Shown here: in pieces, positions 1 to 10,706 of the stretch
Layout: each line of letters begins with the position of its first letter
How positions within the stretch are numbered: the stretch's first letter is position 1
Origin: Planktothrix sp. GU0601_MAG3
GTDB lineage: Bacteria > Cyanobacteriota > Cyanobacteriia > Cyanobacteriales > Microcoleaceae
DNA: 64,000 nucleotides
Direction: 5' to 3'
Assembly (NCBI GenBank): GCA_035193785.1
Contig: CP136572.1
Span: forward strand, 3,349,376-3,413,375
Notes under the pieces: generated by a model
What the model was told of the DNA's origin: nothing
What the model saw: the letters and a program-made list of their open reading frames with translations, nothing else
Databases searched by the model: none
Translations under genes and position numbers: made by a program

Positions 1-1
1 G

Positions 2-2228
2 GTTGAAGTTTCTCAAACCTTTGAAAATCCTTTTAAAGAACCTTTAGAAGCGATTTATGTATTCCCCCTCCCTGATCAAGCTGCGGTTGATCAGATGGTA
101 ATTAAAATTGGCGATCGCACGATAAAATCCCGCATTGAAACCCGGGAAGACGCCAAAGAAATCTATCAACGGGCTAAAGCTCAAGGTCGCACCACCGGGT
201 TATTAGAACAGGAAAGAGATAATATATTTACTCAGTCTGTAGCTAATATTCAACCGGGGGAACAAATATCCGTAACAATTCGCTATATTGATCAATTAAA
301 ATTTGAAGGAGGAAACTATGAATTTGTGTTTCCCATGGTGGTTGGCCCCCGCTATATTCCCGGTCAATTAATTAATAAAAATCAACCCAATACTAATCAA
401 GTTCCCGATGCGGATAGGATCACGCCTCCGATTATTGACCGAGAAACAAAATCCCCCCATAACATTCAAGTTGATCTGGAAATTGATGCTGGGGTTGCAA
501 TTGAAAATGTGCGTTCAACTTCCCATAAAATTATTACTAAACAGCAGGGAAATCGGATATTTGTTAGCTTAGATCAATCCGATCAAATTCCGAATAAAGA
601 TCTAATTCTAAGATATCAAATTTCAGGAGAAAATACCAGGGCAACGGTATTAACAGAAGCGAATCAACAGGGGGGACATTTTGCCGCCTATTTATTACCT
701 GCAATTAGTTATAATCCTAATCAAATTATTCCGAAAGATGTTATTTTTCTGATGGATACTTCCGGTTTCCCAAGAAGGAGAACCTCTGAAAAAATCTCAA
801 GAATTAATGAAACGATTTATTCAAGGATTAAATCCCGAAGATACCTTTAATATTATTGATTTTGCCAATAGCACTAATACCCTATCAGAAACTCCCTTAG
901 AAAATACCCCCGCTAACCGACAAAAAGCGATCAATTATATTAATCAATTAGAAGCCGATGGCGGGACGGAATTATTAAATGGAATCCAGACGGTTATGAA
1001 GTTTCCCACCCCCTCCAAAGGTCGCCTACGCAGTATTGTTTTGTTAACAGATGGATATATTGGAAATGATCAAGAAGTAATTGCAGAAGTACAAAATAAA
1101 CTGAAACCCGGAAATAGATTTTACGCCTTTGGGGTGGGCAGTTCTGTCAATCGTTTTTTACTCAATCGTTTAGGGGAAATTGGCCAGGGAACTACACAAA
1201 TTGTGCGTCAAGATGAACCCACAGAAACCGTCGTGGAAAACTTTTTTAAACAGATTAATAACCCCATTCTAACCGATCTTGAAATCAGTTGGCAAGGGGA
1301 AGGATTAAAACCCGAAATTTATCCGATCAGCTTATCAGATTTGTTTGATAATCAACCTTTAGTATTATTTGGACGTAAATTAGATCGTCGTAATGGCCTA
1401 TTAAAAATTACCGGAATAACGGCAAAAGGCGATCGCTATGAACAAACCTTACCTGTGAATTTTCCCGAGATAAATACTAAGGAATCTGGTAATATTGCCA
1501 TTGCTAAATTGTGGGGAAGGGCGAGAATTAAAGACCTGATGAATCAAATGTTTTCTGGGGAAACAAAATCAGGAGTTGAAGGAGTAACACGCACCGCTTT
1601 AGCCTATCAATTACTATCTGAATATACCGCCTTTGTCGCCGTGAGCGAAGAAGTTCGAGTCGATGCTAATGGAACTCGTAAAACCGTAGAAGTTCCCCTA
1701 GAATTACCGGAAGGGGTGAGTTATGACAGTATTTTTGACACACCCAAACCCGCCCAATTACCTTCAGCCCCTCCGATGAGTTTAGGGCGAACTCGTTCCG
1801 CATCTGGTTATAATAATTATGGCAGTCAAAGGAGTCCAGAAATTGCGCCGTCTCCCTCAATATTATCAGGATCAGATACATTATTGACAAGACTTGATAC
1901 ATCGAAAAATACGGCTTCTACTATTACCGTTGTTCAACTGACAGGAATTAGCGATCGCACCCTAATTAATGACCTAAACCGTTATTTACAAGGGTTGAAT
2001 TTAGCCGACGAAATCATTGGAAAAGTAACCTTTGAAATGATTATTGATCAAGGCAATGTCCAACGAGCAATTTTTGATGATGTTGACTCTAATCTGGATT
2101 TAGATAATAATATTAAACAGGCAATGATTATTGATCAAATTCGGCGATCGCTCCTAACTTGGCAACCTTCTACCCCCGTCAGTGGAAAACTCAAAATCAC
2201 CTTAGAATTAAAAGCCACAAAATCCTAA
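2..2228 (+). CDS. VIT (vault inter-alpha-trypsin) + von Willebrand factor A domain protein. The 5' end lies upstream of the window. The frame is broken at ~764-770 (ccGGTTTCcc), so the ORF track splits it into 95..850 and 807..2228
   Basis: The frame is open from position 2 (VEVSQTFENPFKEPLEAIYVFPLPDQAAVDQMVIKIGDR = VIT domain). Removing one T from GGTTTCC gives DTSGSQEGEPLKKSQELMKRF, a vWA MIDAS DxSGS motif, and joins the two ORFs. Confidence 0.7.
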
Positions 2229-2233
2229 ATTCC

Positions 2234-3248
2234 ATGAATCTTCCGACCTCAATTGTCAGCTTAAATCCGATTTATCCCCTGAGTATTGCGCCGATGATGG
2301 ATCGCACCGATCGCCATTATCGCTATTTTATGCGACAAATTACCCGGCGAACTTTGCTCTATACCGAAATGGTGACAACGGCGGCAATTTTACATGGAGA
2401 TCAGGAGCAATTATTAGGATTTTCCCCCGAAGAAAAACCCCTAGTATTACAGTTAGGAGGAGATAATCCAAATCATCTGGCAACCTGTGCTAAAATAGCC
2501 GAGGATCGGGGATATGATCAGGTTAATTTAAACGTAGGATGCCCCAGTGATCGGGTGCAAAATGGCAATTTTGGAGCCTGTTTAATGGCGCAACCGGAGT
2601 TAGTTGCTAAAGCCGTGGAAGCTATGCAAAAAGCAGTTAATATTCCGGTGACAATTAAACAGAGAATTGGTATTGATGACCAGGATAAATATGAAGATAT
2701 GGCGGATTTTGTCAGAATAGTTGCTAAGGCCGGATGTCAACATTTTACCATTCATGCTCGCAAGGCTTGGTTACAGGGTTTAAGCCCTAAAGAAAACCGG
2801 ACTATTCCCCCCTTAAGATATGAAGAAGTTCATCGTTTAAAACAAGAGTTTCCCCATCTATTTATTGAAATTAATGGCGGCTTTAAAACCTTAGCAGAAG
2901 TCAAAGATCAACTGCAATTTGTTGATGCTGTGATGCTCGGACGCGCCGCCTATGATCACCCCTATTTGTTCGCAATGGCGGATCAAGAAATCTATGGAGA
3001 AAAAACACCCCCCTTGACCCGTCAAGAAGTCATAGAAGCCATGTATCCTTATCTGGAATATTGGTTACAAAAAGGGGTGAAATTAAATAGTATGACCCGC
3101 CATTTTTTAGAGTTATTTGCCCAACAACCTGGAAACTAAAGCCTGGAAACGTTATATTAGTGAAAATGCCCATCTGACCCATGCTGGAGTAGAAGTTCTT
3201 GAGCGGGCATTGAAGCAGCTTCCCCAACCTTCAAACTCCTACTATTAA
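2234..3248 (+). CDS. dusA: tRNA-dihydrouridine synthase A. The frame is broken at ~3133-3138 (ctGGAAACta) and the ORF track stops at 3139
   Basis: APMMDRTDRHYRYF...LNVGCP...TIHARKA motifs of the Dus family. The start is at ATG 2234 (MNLPTS); the tracked start at 2159 overlaps the upstream gene. The third frame after 3139 continues as KAWKRYISENAHLTHAGVEVLERALKQL, which matches the DusA C-terminus. Confidence 0.8.
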
Positions 3249-3765
3249 AAAACAAGTTAAATAGGGTTCCCTTTCCTAAGATTTTATCCAATTCTCTCAT
3301 CGTAAAGAAAGGAACAAAAACAATCAATAAACATAATACTTGATAAAATAAATCGATTTGAGAAACTTGATTTTGCAGTTCCATTAAAATCCGACCCAGA
3401 GATTCCTGTTGAAATAAACCCACAATTAAATGTTCTGCACTATTAAAAAACAAAGCAATAATTGTAAATAAAATGGATTTGTAACCCACCGAAATGATTA
3501 AGGGTTTATCCTCATAGCGTTCTACAATTGGGACTTTTTCCGATAAAAGAATCACCTTTCCTAAAACTAATGCTCCCATAATTGTAATTCCGTAGTTAAA
3601 TCCATCAATGCCATATTTAACTAAAGCCAGGGAATTTAATGTTACTAAAATACTAAAGGATGAGGCTAAATATAAATTAATAATTCCGAGGTTAATGAAC
3701 TCACGAATTAAGATATTTAGCCAGTTCTTCTTAAATGTTGCTATTGCCGTCATATTTTCATTCAT
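3157..3765 (-). CDS. hypothetical membrane protein. The C-terminal ~30 codons are antisense to the dusA tail, so the true stop may lie earlier
   Basis: 202 aa ORF with several hydrophobic segments. It overlaps ispD by 8 nt (operon-like). No family recognised. Confidence 0.4.
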   Translation of the reverse strand: MNENMTAIATFKKNWLNILIREFINLGIINLYLASSFSILVTLNSLALVKYGIDGFNYGITIMGALVLGKVILLSEKVPIVERYEDKPLIISVGYKSILFTIIALFFNSAEHLIVGLFQQESLGRILMELQNQVSQIDLFYQVLCLLIVFVPFFTMRELDKILGKGTLFNLFFNSRSLKVGEAASMPAQELLLQHGSDGHFH

Positions 3766-4450
3766 GATTTTTGATTCTTGATCTTAAAATAAATTCTGCC
3801 ACACTTAGATCCACAGGGGTTGTTACTTTCAAATTAGTTTCTTCCCCCATAACAATATGAACGGATAACCCACATTTTTCAAATAAAGCCGCATCGTCGG
3901 TAACTTCCCAACCCTGTTGACGTCCTTGATTATGACATTCTTTTAATAATTTCACCTCGAAACCTTGGGGAGTTTGCGCCGCCCATAATTGTCGGCGATC
4001 GGGTGTATCTAAAACCACCCCATGCTCATCGACAACCTTAATTGTATCCTTGACTGGAACCGCCGCAATTAACCCCGAACAGGTTTGCAAAGTCGCCCCA
4101 CAGCGCTCGAATAATTCCGGTGTGGCCAAACATCTCGCCCCATCATGGATTAACACCCGCTCTGCATCCGGTGGTAAAGCCTGTAAGCCATTGTAAACCG
4201 ACTGTTGACGGGTTTCGCCCCCCTGGATTAACTCGACGGGTTTAGTTAAATTAACCTGGGCCAAAATTTCCTGAAAGTCGGGAAAATCCACGGGTTGACC
4301 CATGATCCCGATCCACTCAATACCCGTCGCCGCCTCCGCCGATTCAAGTGTCCAAGCTAATAGGGGTTTGTCCCATAGGGTCAGGAGCAATTTGTTGCGA
4401 TCGCTTCCCATTCTGCGTCCCATACCCGCCGCTGGAATTAATAAGTGCAT
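3758..4450 (-). CDS. ispD: 2-C-methyl-D-erythritol 4-phosphate cytidylyltransferase
   Basis: MHLLIPAAGMGRRMG...LIHDGARCL...TPQGF: typical IspD motifs over the full length, 230 aa. Confidence 0.9.
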   Translation of the reverse strand: MHLLIPAAGMGRRMGSDRNKLLLTLWDKPLLAWTLESAEAATGIEWIGIMGQPVDFPDFQEILAQVNLTKPVELIQGGETRQQSVYNGLQALPPDAERVLIHDGARCLATPELFERCGATLQTCSGLIAAVPVKDTIKVVDEHGVVLDTPDRRQLWAAQTPQGFEVKLLKECHNQGRQQGWEVTDDAALFEKCGLSVHIVMGEETNLKVTTPVDLSVAEFILRSRIKNHE

Positions 4451-4469
4451 TATGAAAATTTAGAGGTAA

Positions 4470-6090
4470 GATTGACAATTCTATGTTCATATTAGAATTA
4501 ACTAACAGCACGGAGGTACGGAGTCCGACAATTAGACTTAGGGCAATGTACTATCTAAGTGTTGAAACAGTCTATACTACAAAAAGGTCGAAAAGGAAGT
4601 TTTTAATGCAACTAACGTACAAATACCGCCTTAAACCCACAAAAGCCCAAATTGTAACGATTGCTATTCACCTAGAAACTCTGTCGTAGGCAGTACAACT
4701 ACCGCTTAGGTGAAAGGTTTAGGTGGTGGGAGGCCACAAGGACACCCGTAAATGCCTGTCCTTTAACTGCGTCAATCATCCCAGTTGAGGAAATTTACAA
4801 AAATATTCCTCTAACAAGGATACAAACTAGAGACGGTAGAAAAAAGGATGAAAATGGCAATTCTATCACCAAAAAAGGTGATATTTTCTCAAACATTGAA
4901 GGCGGTTATGTGCAGTGGCAAACCCTACAGTTAGCCGACATAAAAAACACCAAAAAACTATTCCCTGAATACAAGAACTTGGATTCTCAAGTTTTGCAGG
5001 ATGTAGTGAATCGGGTGGAAACTTCCTTTTCAAATTTTACCACACCCGACAAAAATGGTAATCGTAGAGGTAAACCCAGATTCAAAGGTTTTCAATACTA
5101 CAAATCCTTGACTTACCCACAACTTGATAATTTAAACATTATCAAGGATAAGCAAAATCGGATTTGTATTGACCTGGCAAAAATAGGTCAAGTACCGATG
5201 GTTTTCCATCGCCCAATACCAACAGGATTCAAAGTTAAGACGGGAACAGTTATCAAAGAAGCCGATGGGTGGTATATTTCCTTAACCCTAGAAGACAAAA
5301 CAGTTCCTGTAACGGTTGCAGAAATTCAACCGACTGATGAAAACACTCTTGGTATTGATTTAGGAATCACAAATTATGTCTATTTATCCAATGGCGAAAG
5401 AATTGAAAATCCTAGATTCTTGAGGAAGTCGGCTGAAAAATTAGCCAGACTTCAGGTGAAACTAGCTAATAGAGTTAAGGGTTCTAAACCTTGGAGAATT
5501 ATCAAAGATAAAATCTCCAAACTTCACCAATTCATAGCTAGAGCTAGGCTGGATTTTCAATTCCAAACTGCACACAAATTATTGGAACAGTGTGACGTTC
5601 TAATTCTTGAAGATTTGAGGATCAAGAATCTAACTAGACTTGCCAAAATCAAAACTGATATTGAGCAGGGCAATTTGGTTTATTTACCTAATGGTCAATC
5701 GGCTAAAAGTGGTTTGAATAAATCAATACTTGATGCCGCTCATGGTCAATTTTCTATGGTTCTCAAATATGTGGCCTGGAAATTAGGCAAAAGCGTTCTA
5801 TTTGTTGATCCGAAAGGGACTTCTCAGCACTGTTGGAATTGCTTTAATAAAGTACCTAAAGAATTGTCAGACCGATGGCATTCTTGTCAATGTGGGGAGT
5901 CTTTGGAGCGAGACGAAAATTCAGCCAAACTCATCAAAAAGATTGGCTTAAACTACGAAGGTGGCGGGGGAACTCCGTCACTCAAAAAAGCTCTTGAACA
6001 AAGAGAAAAAGAAGCCTGTGGTCTAACGGTAATCCGTTGACCGCCAGGTTTCGTTCACGCTGACCTTGTAGATTAACTCTTTAATTCTTT
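4470..6090. mobile_element. IS200/IS605-family insertion element carrying tnpB only (no tnpA), inserted between ispD and the GT9 gene. The ends are approximate
   Basis: A TnpB ORF, local AT-rich flanks, and a position between two housekeeping genes. Left and right ends were not mapped. Confidence 0.5.
4606..6040 (+). pseudogene. tnpB: IS605 OrfB / TnpB RNA-guided nuclease, interrupted by one frameshift at ~4681-4686
   Basis: The N-terminus MQLTYKYRLKPTKAQ (4606) is typical of TnpB. After the stop at 4689 the next frame reads CRRQYNYRLGERFRWWEATRTPVNACP and continues into ORF 4910..6040, which has the C-terminal zinc-finger CWNC...CQCG. Confidence 0.75.
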
Positions 6091-6094
6091 AATT

Positions 6095-7057
6095 ATGAGA
6101 ATACTAGCCCTTGTCCCAGGTGGAATAGGCGATCAAATTCTGTTTTTCCCCACCCTGGATGGCCTCAAGCAAGCCTATCCTGAAGCCCTAATTTCTGTTA
6201 TGGTAGAACCCAGAGCCAGAGGAGCTTATCGCGTTTGTAAGTCCGTGTCTGAAATTCTCACCTATGATTTTAAGGGACGGAACAGTTTGGCCGACTGGGG
6301 AAATTTTTTAGGAATTGTCCGTGACCGGGAATACGAAGTGGTATTATCCCTGGGCCAAAGTTGGACAGTGGGATTATTATTGTGGTTAACGGGTATTCCC
6401 ACGCGCATTGGTTACGCAGGCGGGGGTGAGGGGTTATTTATTAGCAACCCAGTCCCCCTAAAACCGGAGCAATACGCCGCCGAAATGTATTATGACCTGC
6501 TCAAAGGGTTGGACATTATTACCCCCTTCTCAGGATTATCAATTAATGTGCCCAAACTAGATCTCGACTGGGGAGAAGCCGAACAGAAACGGTTAGGAGT
6601 CAAGGATAGTGGTTATATTTTGATTCATGGGGGATCTAGCCAGTTAGCCAAACAAAAAGGCATTGATAAAATCTACCCCGTGGCCAGTTGGCAAAAAATT
6701 ATTCAAGATATTCAACAGCGCCAACCTAACCTCCCCGTGATCATTGTCCAGGGGCCAGAAGATGGGGCGTTAGTGCGGCAAATTGTCGAATCTTGTCCCC
6801 AGGTTAAAGTCACCCAACCGGAGGATATTGGTAAATTATCGGCGATGATCGCCTCGGCGAATTTAATGCTCTGTACCGATAGCGCCCCCATGCACCTAGC
6901 CGTTGCAGTGGGCACCTATACGATCGCCTTATTTGGCCCAACGGAACCCGCTAAATTATTACCAAAAAGCGATCGGGTCATTGGGATTAAATCCCCTTCA
7001 GGCAAAATGTCTGATATCTCTCCCGATCAAGTAATTAAAAAAATCTGGGGAGGCTGA
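6095..7057 (+). CDS. glycosyltransferase family 9 protein (ADP-heptose:LPS heptosyltransferase-like)
   Basis: MRILALVPGGIGDQILFFPTL N-terminus and the C-terminal MLCTDSAPMHLAVAVGT motif characteristic of GT9. Confidence 0.75.
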   Translation: MRILALVPGGIGDQILFFPTLDGLKQAYPEALISVMVEPRARGAYRVCKSVSEILTYDFKGRNSLADWGNFLGIVRDREYEVVLSLGQSWTVGLLLWLTGIPTRIGYAGGGEGLFISNPVPLKPEQYAAEMYYDLLKGLDIITPFSGLSINVPKLDLDWGEAEQKRLGVKDSGYILIHGGSSQLAKQKGIDKIYPVASWQKIIQDIQQRQPNLPVIIVQGPEDGALVRQIVESCPQVKVTQPEDIGKLSAMIASANLMLCTDSAPMHLAVAVGTYTIALFGPTEPAKLLPKSDRVIGIKSPSGKMSDISPDQVIKKIWGG

Positions 7058-7061
7058 ATTT

Positions 7062-7205
7062 CAGTTATCAGTTAACAGTTATCAGTTATCAGTTATCAGT
7101 TATCAGTTAATAGTTGTCAGTTAATAGTTGTCAGTTAATAGTTAGCAGTTAATAGTTAATAGTTAATAGTTAACTAATTAAAATCCGTGAAATCCGTGAA
7201 ATCCC
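7062..7205. repeat. tandem heptamer repeat (CAGTTAT/CAGTTAA/TAGTTAA units) followed by 2.5 units of AATCCGTGA
   Basis: The repeat is visible directly: cagttatcagttatcagttatcagttaatagttgtcagttaatag...aatccgtgaaatccgtgaaatcc. Confidence 0.85.
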
Positions 7206-7218
7206 CTTAATCCGTGAT

Positions 7219-8392
7219 ATGAATTATAATATTGAAGAAACAGTGATTGAACGCTACAAAGCGGGAGCCCAAACGGTACAACCTTCCCTCTGTTGTCCGG
7301 TGGAATATCAGGAAAATCAATATTTAGAAATTATTCCCCAGGAAATTATAGATAAAGACTATGGTTGTGGTGATCCCACCCGTTATGTTAACCCGGGGGA
7401 AACCGTGGTTGATTTAGGTTTCTGGGGCGGGTAAAAATTGTTATATGATCGCGCAAAAAGTCGGATCATCCGGTCAAGTTATCGGGGTAGATTTTAATGA
7501 TACAATGTTGGCTCTTTCCCGCAGCCATCAACCCGAAATAGCCCAAAAATTAGGCTATTTTAATACAAGTTTTGTTAAGGCAAAAATTCAGGATTTAGCC
7601 TTAGATTTAGATCAAGTGCAACGGTGGTTAACGGTTAATCCGATTCAATCAATTGAAGATCTGGGGAAATTTGAGTTAGAATGCGATCGCCTACGTCAAC
7701 AAAAGCCTTTAATTGCCGATAATAGTATTGATGTTGTTATTTCTAATTGTGTTTTAAATTTAGTTCGTCCCCAGGATAAGGATCAACTATTTCAAGAAAT
7801 TTATCGAGTTTTGAAACGGGGCGGACGGGCGGTTATTTCCGATATTGTTTGCGATCAAGATCCCACACCCAGAATTTTAAATGATCCCGATCTTTGGAGT
7901 GGTTGTATTGCTGGAGCTTTTCGGGAAAATGAGTTTTTAGAACGTTTTGAACAGGCCGGATTTTATGGGATTGAGATATTAGCCCGACAGGAAGAACCTT
8001 GGCAAGTGATTGATGGCATTGAGTTTCGTTCCCTAACAGTTTGTGCCTTTAAAGGCAAAGACGGCCCCTGTTTAGATGTAAACCAAGCCGTGATTTATAA
8101 AGGGCCATGGAAACAGGTAATGGACGATGACGGACATATTTTATATCGGGGGGAACGGATGGCAGTTTGTGATAAAACTTACCAAATTTATAATAACATA
8201 AACGGCCCCTATTATCAAGATATTTTAGGGATTTTACCCCATGAAACTATACCCCTAGAATCAGCCCCAGAATTCGATTGTAGACGGAATGCTATTCGTA
8301 AACCGGAAGAAACCAAGGGAGAGCATTATCACGTTACCATCACAAATTCCGATAATTCCTGTTGCGCTCCTGCGAGTTCTAGTTGTTGTTAA
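7219..8392 (+). CDS. arsM: arsenite S-adenosylmethionine methyltransferase (ArsM family). The frame is broken at ~7417-7423 (aGGTTTCTgg); the ORF track shows 7219..7434 and 7445..8392
   Basis: ERYKAGAQTV...CC N-terminal cysteine pair, SAM-binding motif VVDLG(S)GAGKNCY reconstituted by removing one T, DVVISNCVLNL, and a C-terminal Cys cluster. Confidence 0.7.
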
Positions 8393-8510
8393 ATCTTGAA
8401 AAAAAGATTATAACAAGTCCTGATCTAAGGTGATGTTCAGTAACTTTAGATTAGGGCGATCACTAATAGCTCGAAACACTTTATTGGTTTATAAATTACT
8501 TTCCTAACCA

Positions 8511-9404
8511 ATGGTACTGTTTGAACGATATGAAGACCAGGGACATATTATATTTCACGGTGATTCTTTACCTATTTTGTCAAGTGAAATAACATCTGGA
8601 TCTGTAGATCTAATTTTTATTGATCCTCCCTACAATATCGGGAAACAATTCTCAAATTTCCACGACAAGTGGGAGTCTGATGAGGAATATGCAGTATGGG
8701 CTTATAAATTACTGGATGAGTGTATTCGGATATTAAAGCCTAATGGAACTTTATATGTGATGGCAAGTACCCAAGCAATGCCATATTTTGATCTTTATTT
8801 GAGAAATAAAATAGTAATTCTGAGTCGCATTATATGGCATTATGATAGTTCAGGAGTTCAAGCCAAAAAATACTTTGGATCAATGTATGAACCTCTACTT
8901 CACTGTGTTAAAAATAAGAGTAATTATGTATTTAACTCGAACAATATTAAAGTAGAAGCAAAAACAGGCGCACAAAGAAAGTTAATTGATTATAGAAAAT
9001 CCGTTCCTAGTCCCTATAATTCGGAAAAAGTACCGGGGAATGTCTGGTATTTTCCTCGTGTTAGATATCTTATGGAAGAATACGAAAACCATCCTTCCCA
9101 AAAACCTGAAGCATTGCTAGAGAGGATAATTCTTGCTAGTAGTCAGGAGGGGGGTATTGTACTTGATCCATTTGGAGGTACATTTACATCAGGTGCGGTA
9201 GCCAAACGATTAGGAAGAATTTCTATTAGTATAGAATCTCAAGAGGAGTATCTTAAAATTGGTCTAAGGCGAGTTTTAGGATGGCAAGAATATAGAGGTG
9301 ATAAGCTATTACCTCCACAGAAAAAACAGACTAGAAGAAATAAAAAAAATCAAAATTTTGATTTTATCCAAAAGGAGCTTTTAAATGCCGACAGTACAGC
9401 ATGA
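8511..9404 (+). CDS. type II DNA methyltransferase, beta-class amino-MTase (N6-adenine or N4-cytosine)
   Basis: Motif IV DPPY (IFIDPPYN) precedes motif I VLDPFGGTFTSG, which is the beta-class order. The region is AT-rich relative to its neighbours. Confidence 0.85.
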   Translation: MVLFERYEDQGHIIFHGDSLPILSSEITSGSVDLIFIDPPYNIGKQFSNFHDKWESDEEYAVWAYKLLDECIRILKPNGTLYVMASTQAMPYFDLYLRNKIVILSRIIWHYDSSGVQAKKYFGSMYEPLLHCVKNKSNYVFNSNNIKVEAKTGAQRKLIDYRKSVPSPYNSEKVPGNVWYFPRVRYLMEEYENHPSQKPEALLERIILASSQEGGIVLDPFGGTFTSGAVAKRLGRISISIESQEEYLKIGLRRVLGWQEYRGDKLLPPQKKQTRRNKKNQNFDFIQKELLNADSTA

Positions 9405-10543
9405 ATTTACCGATAAAATTACTGAAATTTTAAATATATATTTCCCTGAACAGGGAAGTAGAATTTTAGATTATAGCGAGTTATTACAATATCTAAATAT
9501 TAAGACAAAAGCTGCCAATCGTGGTTCCAAGTCACGAGCAGGATTGGCAAATCATTATGCTATATATGTCTTGGTCGAGGACTATCTAAATAATGAGTTT
9601 CATATTAATGGCAATTATAGTGATTATGAAGGGGCAAAGTTTACAACACTTCTTCAGAGACAAAGAGAACTTCCATTTGGAAGTAAACTCCAAAATCATG
9701 CCCTAAATCATCGACTAAATGAAGAATTCAAAAAATACTTTCCAACATCATCCTATGTACCTATAATCAGAGATGCTAAAACCAATAAATATTGGATTAA
9801 TGAAAATCTATTGAAATGTTCTATTGATAATTCTCAAATAAATATTGCTAAAGCGATTAAAGATATTATTGATGCTTATATAGCGGCGCGAGGTCAAGCA
9901 TTCAATGAATTTATGATCTATTGTCAACAGATGATCGATATTCAGAAACAAGATCCTTCACAAGCGATTAAATTTATTAAAGATTTACTTAAACCTAATA
10001 TAGATGCAAGAGTTTTTGAAATTGTCAGCTACGCCATTTTGAAGGAATATTATGCAGACCAACAAATATATTGGGGTTGGTCACCCGATGAACTAAACGT
10101 GGAATATTTAGTTTTATATAAAACGGGTCGAACCAACGCAAATGATGGGGGTATAGACTTTGTAATGAAACCCCTTGGAAGATTTTTTCAAGTTACAGAA
10201 ACTCTTGATGCAGGTAAATATTTTCTCGATATTGATAAGGTTTCAGAGATATCCGATTACTTTTGTTGTTAAAACAGAACATACCGCTGAAACAATCTTA
10301 AACAAAATTAGAGAAAAAGCGACGGAAAAATATAATATTAAAGCCATTGTTAAAAAATATATGGAATCTGTGGAAGAAGTGATTAATATTCCCGAACTGA
10401 TGAGTCATTTTGATAGAGTTTTAGAACGGGGTAAAGGTGCGGCTGTGATTGAAGAAATCGTTTTACAAAGTCGTGTGGAATTTAATGTAGAAGCAGAGGA
10501 ACAAGATATTTTGATCAACGAAAATGGGGTTGAAGATGAGTAG
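9385..10543 (+). CDS. putative type II restriction endonuclease partnered with the upstream MTase. The frame is broken at ~10239-10244 (aaGGTTTCag); the ORF track shows 9385..10272 and 10175..10543
   Basis: Overlaps the MTase stop by 20 nt. It has no detectable family similarity, as is typical for restriction endonucleases. The sequence EIVSYAILKEY...DGGIDFVMK could form a PD-(D/E)xK-like core. Removing one T joins ...DIDKVQRYPITFVVKTEH. Confidence 0.45.
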
Positions 10544-10706
10544 ACATTGGTATTGCCAGAAGTCGCCGTTTTATATTAAGAATTGTTTCAAATTAAAACA
10601 AAATCGAGATTTTTGAACAATGGCAAAAGGTTAATTGTATCTTAAACAATATCCAGAGTTGAACAATTCACCCAGATTAAAAAACACAATTTAAACAGGA
10701 CTTCAC

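Noticed and set aside
1666-1902. Antisense ORFs inside long genes (the first is at 1666..1902; others include 11323..11514, 12193..12498, 14599..15012, 18207..18494, 22444..22695, 52688..53274, 58457..58771)
   Set aside because: Each lies fully within a longer ORF on the opposite strand that has clear homology. No independent support.
4483-4605. N-terminal 41 codons of ORF 4483..4689
   Set aside because: The recognisable TnpB N-terminus begins at the internal Met (4606). The upstream part is probably untranslated left-end sequence of the IS element.
7062-7205. Possible CRISPR array (direct repeats), also considered at 19521..19640 and 40361..40426
   Set aside because: Units are 6-20 bp and contiguous, with no unique spacers and no cas genes. 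These are simple tandem repeats.
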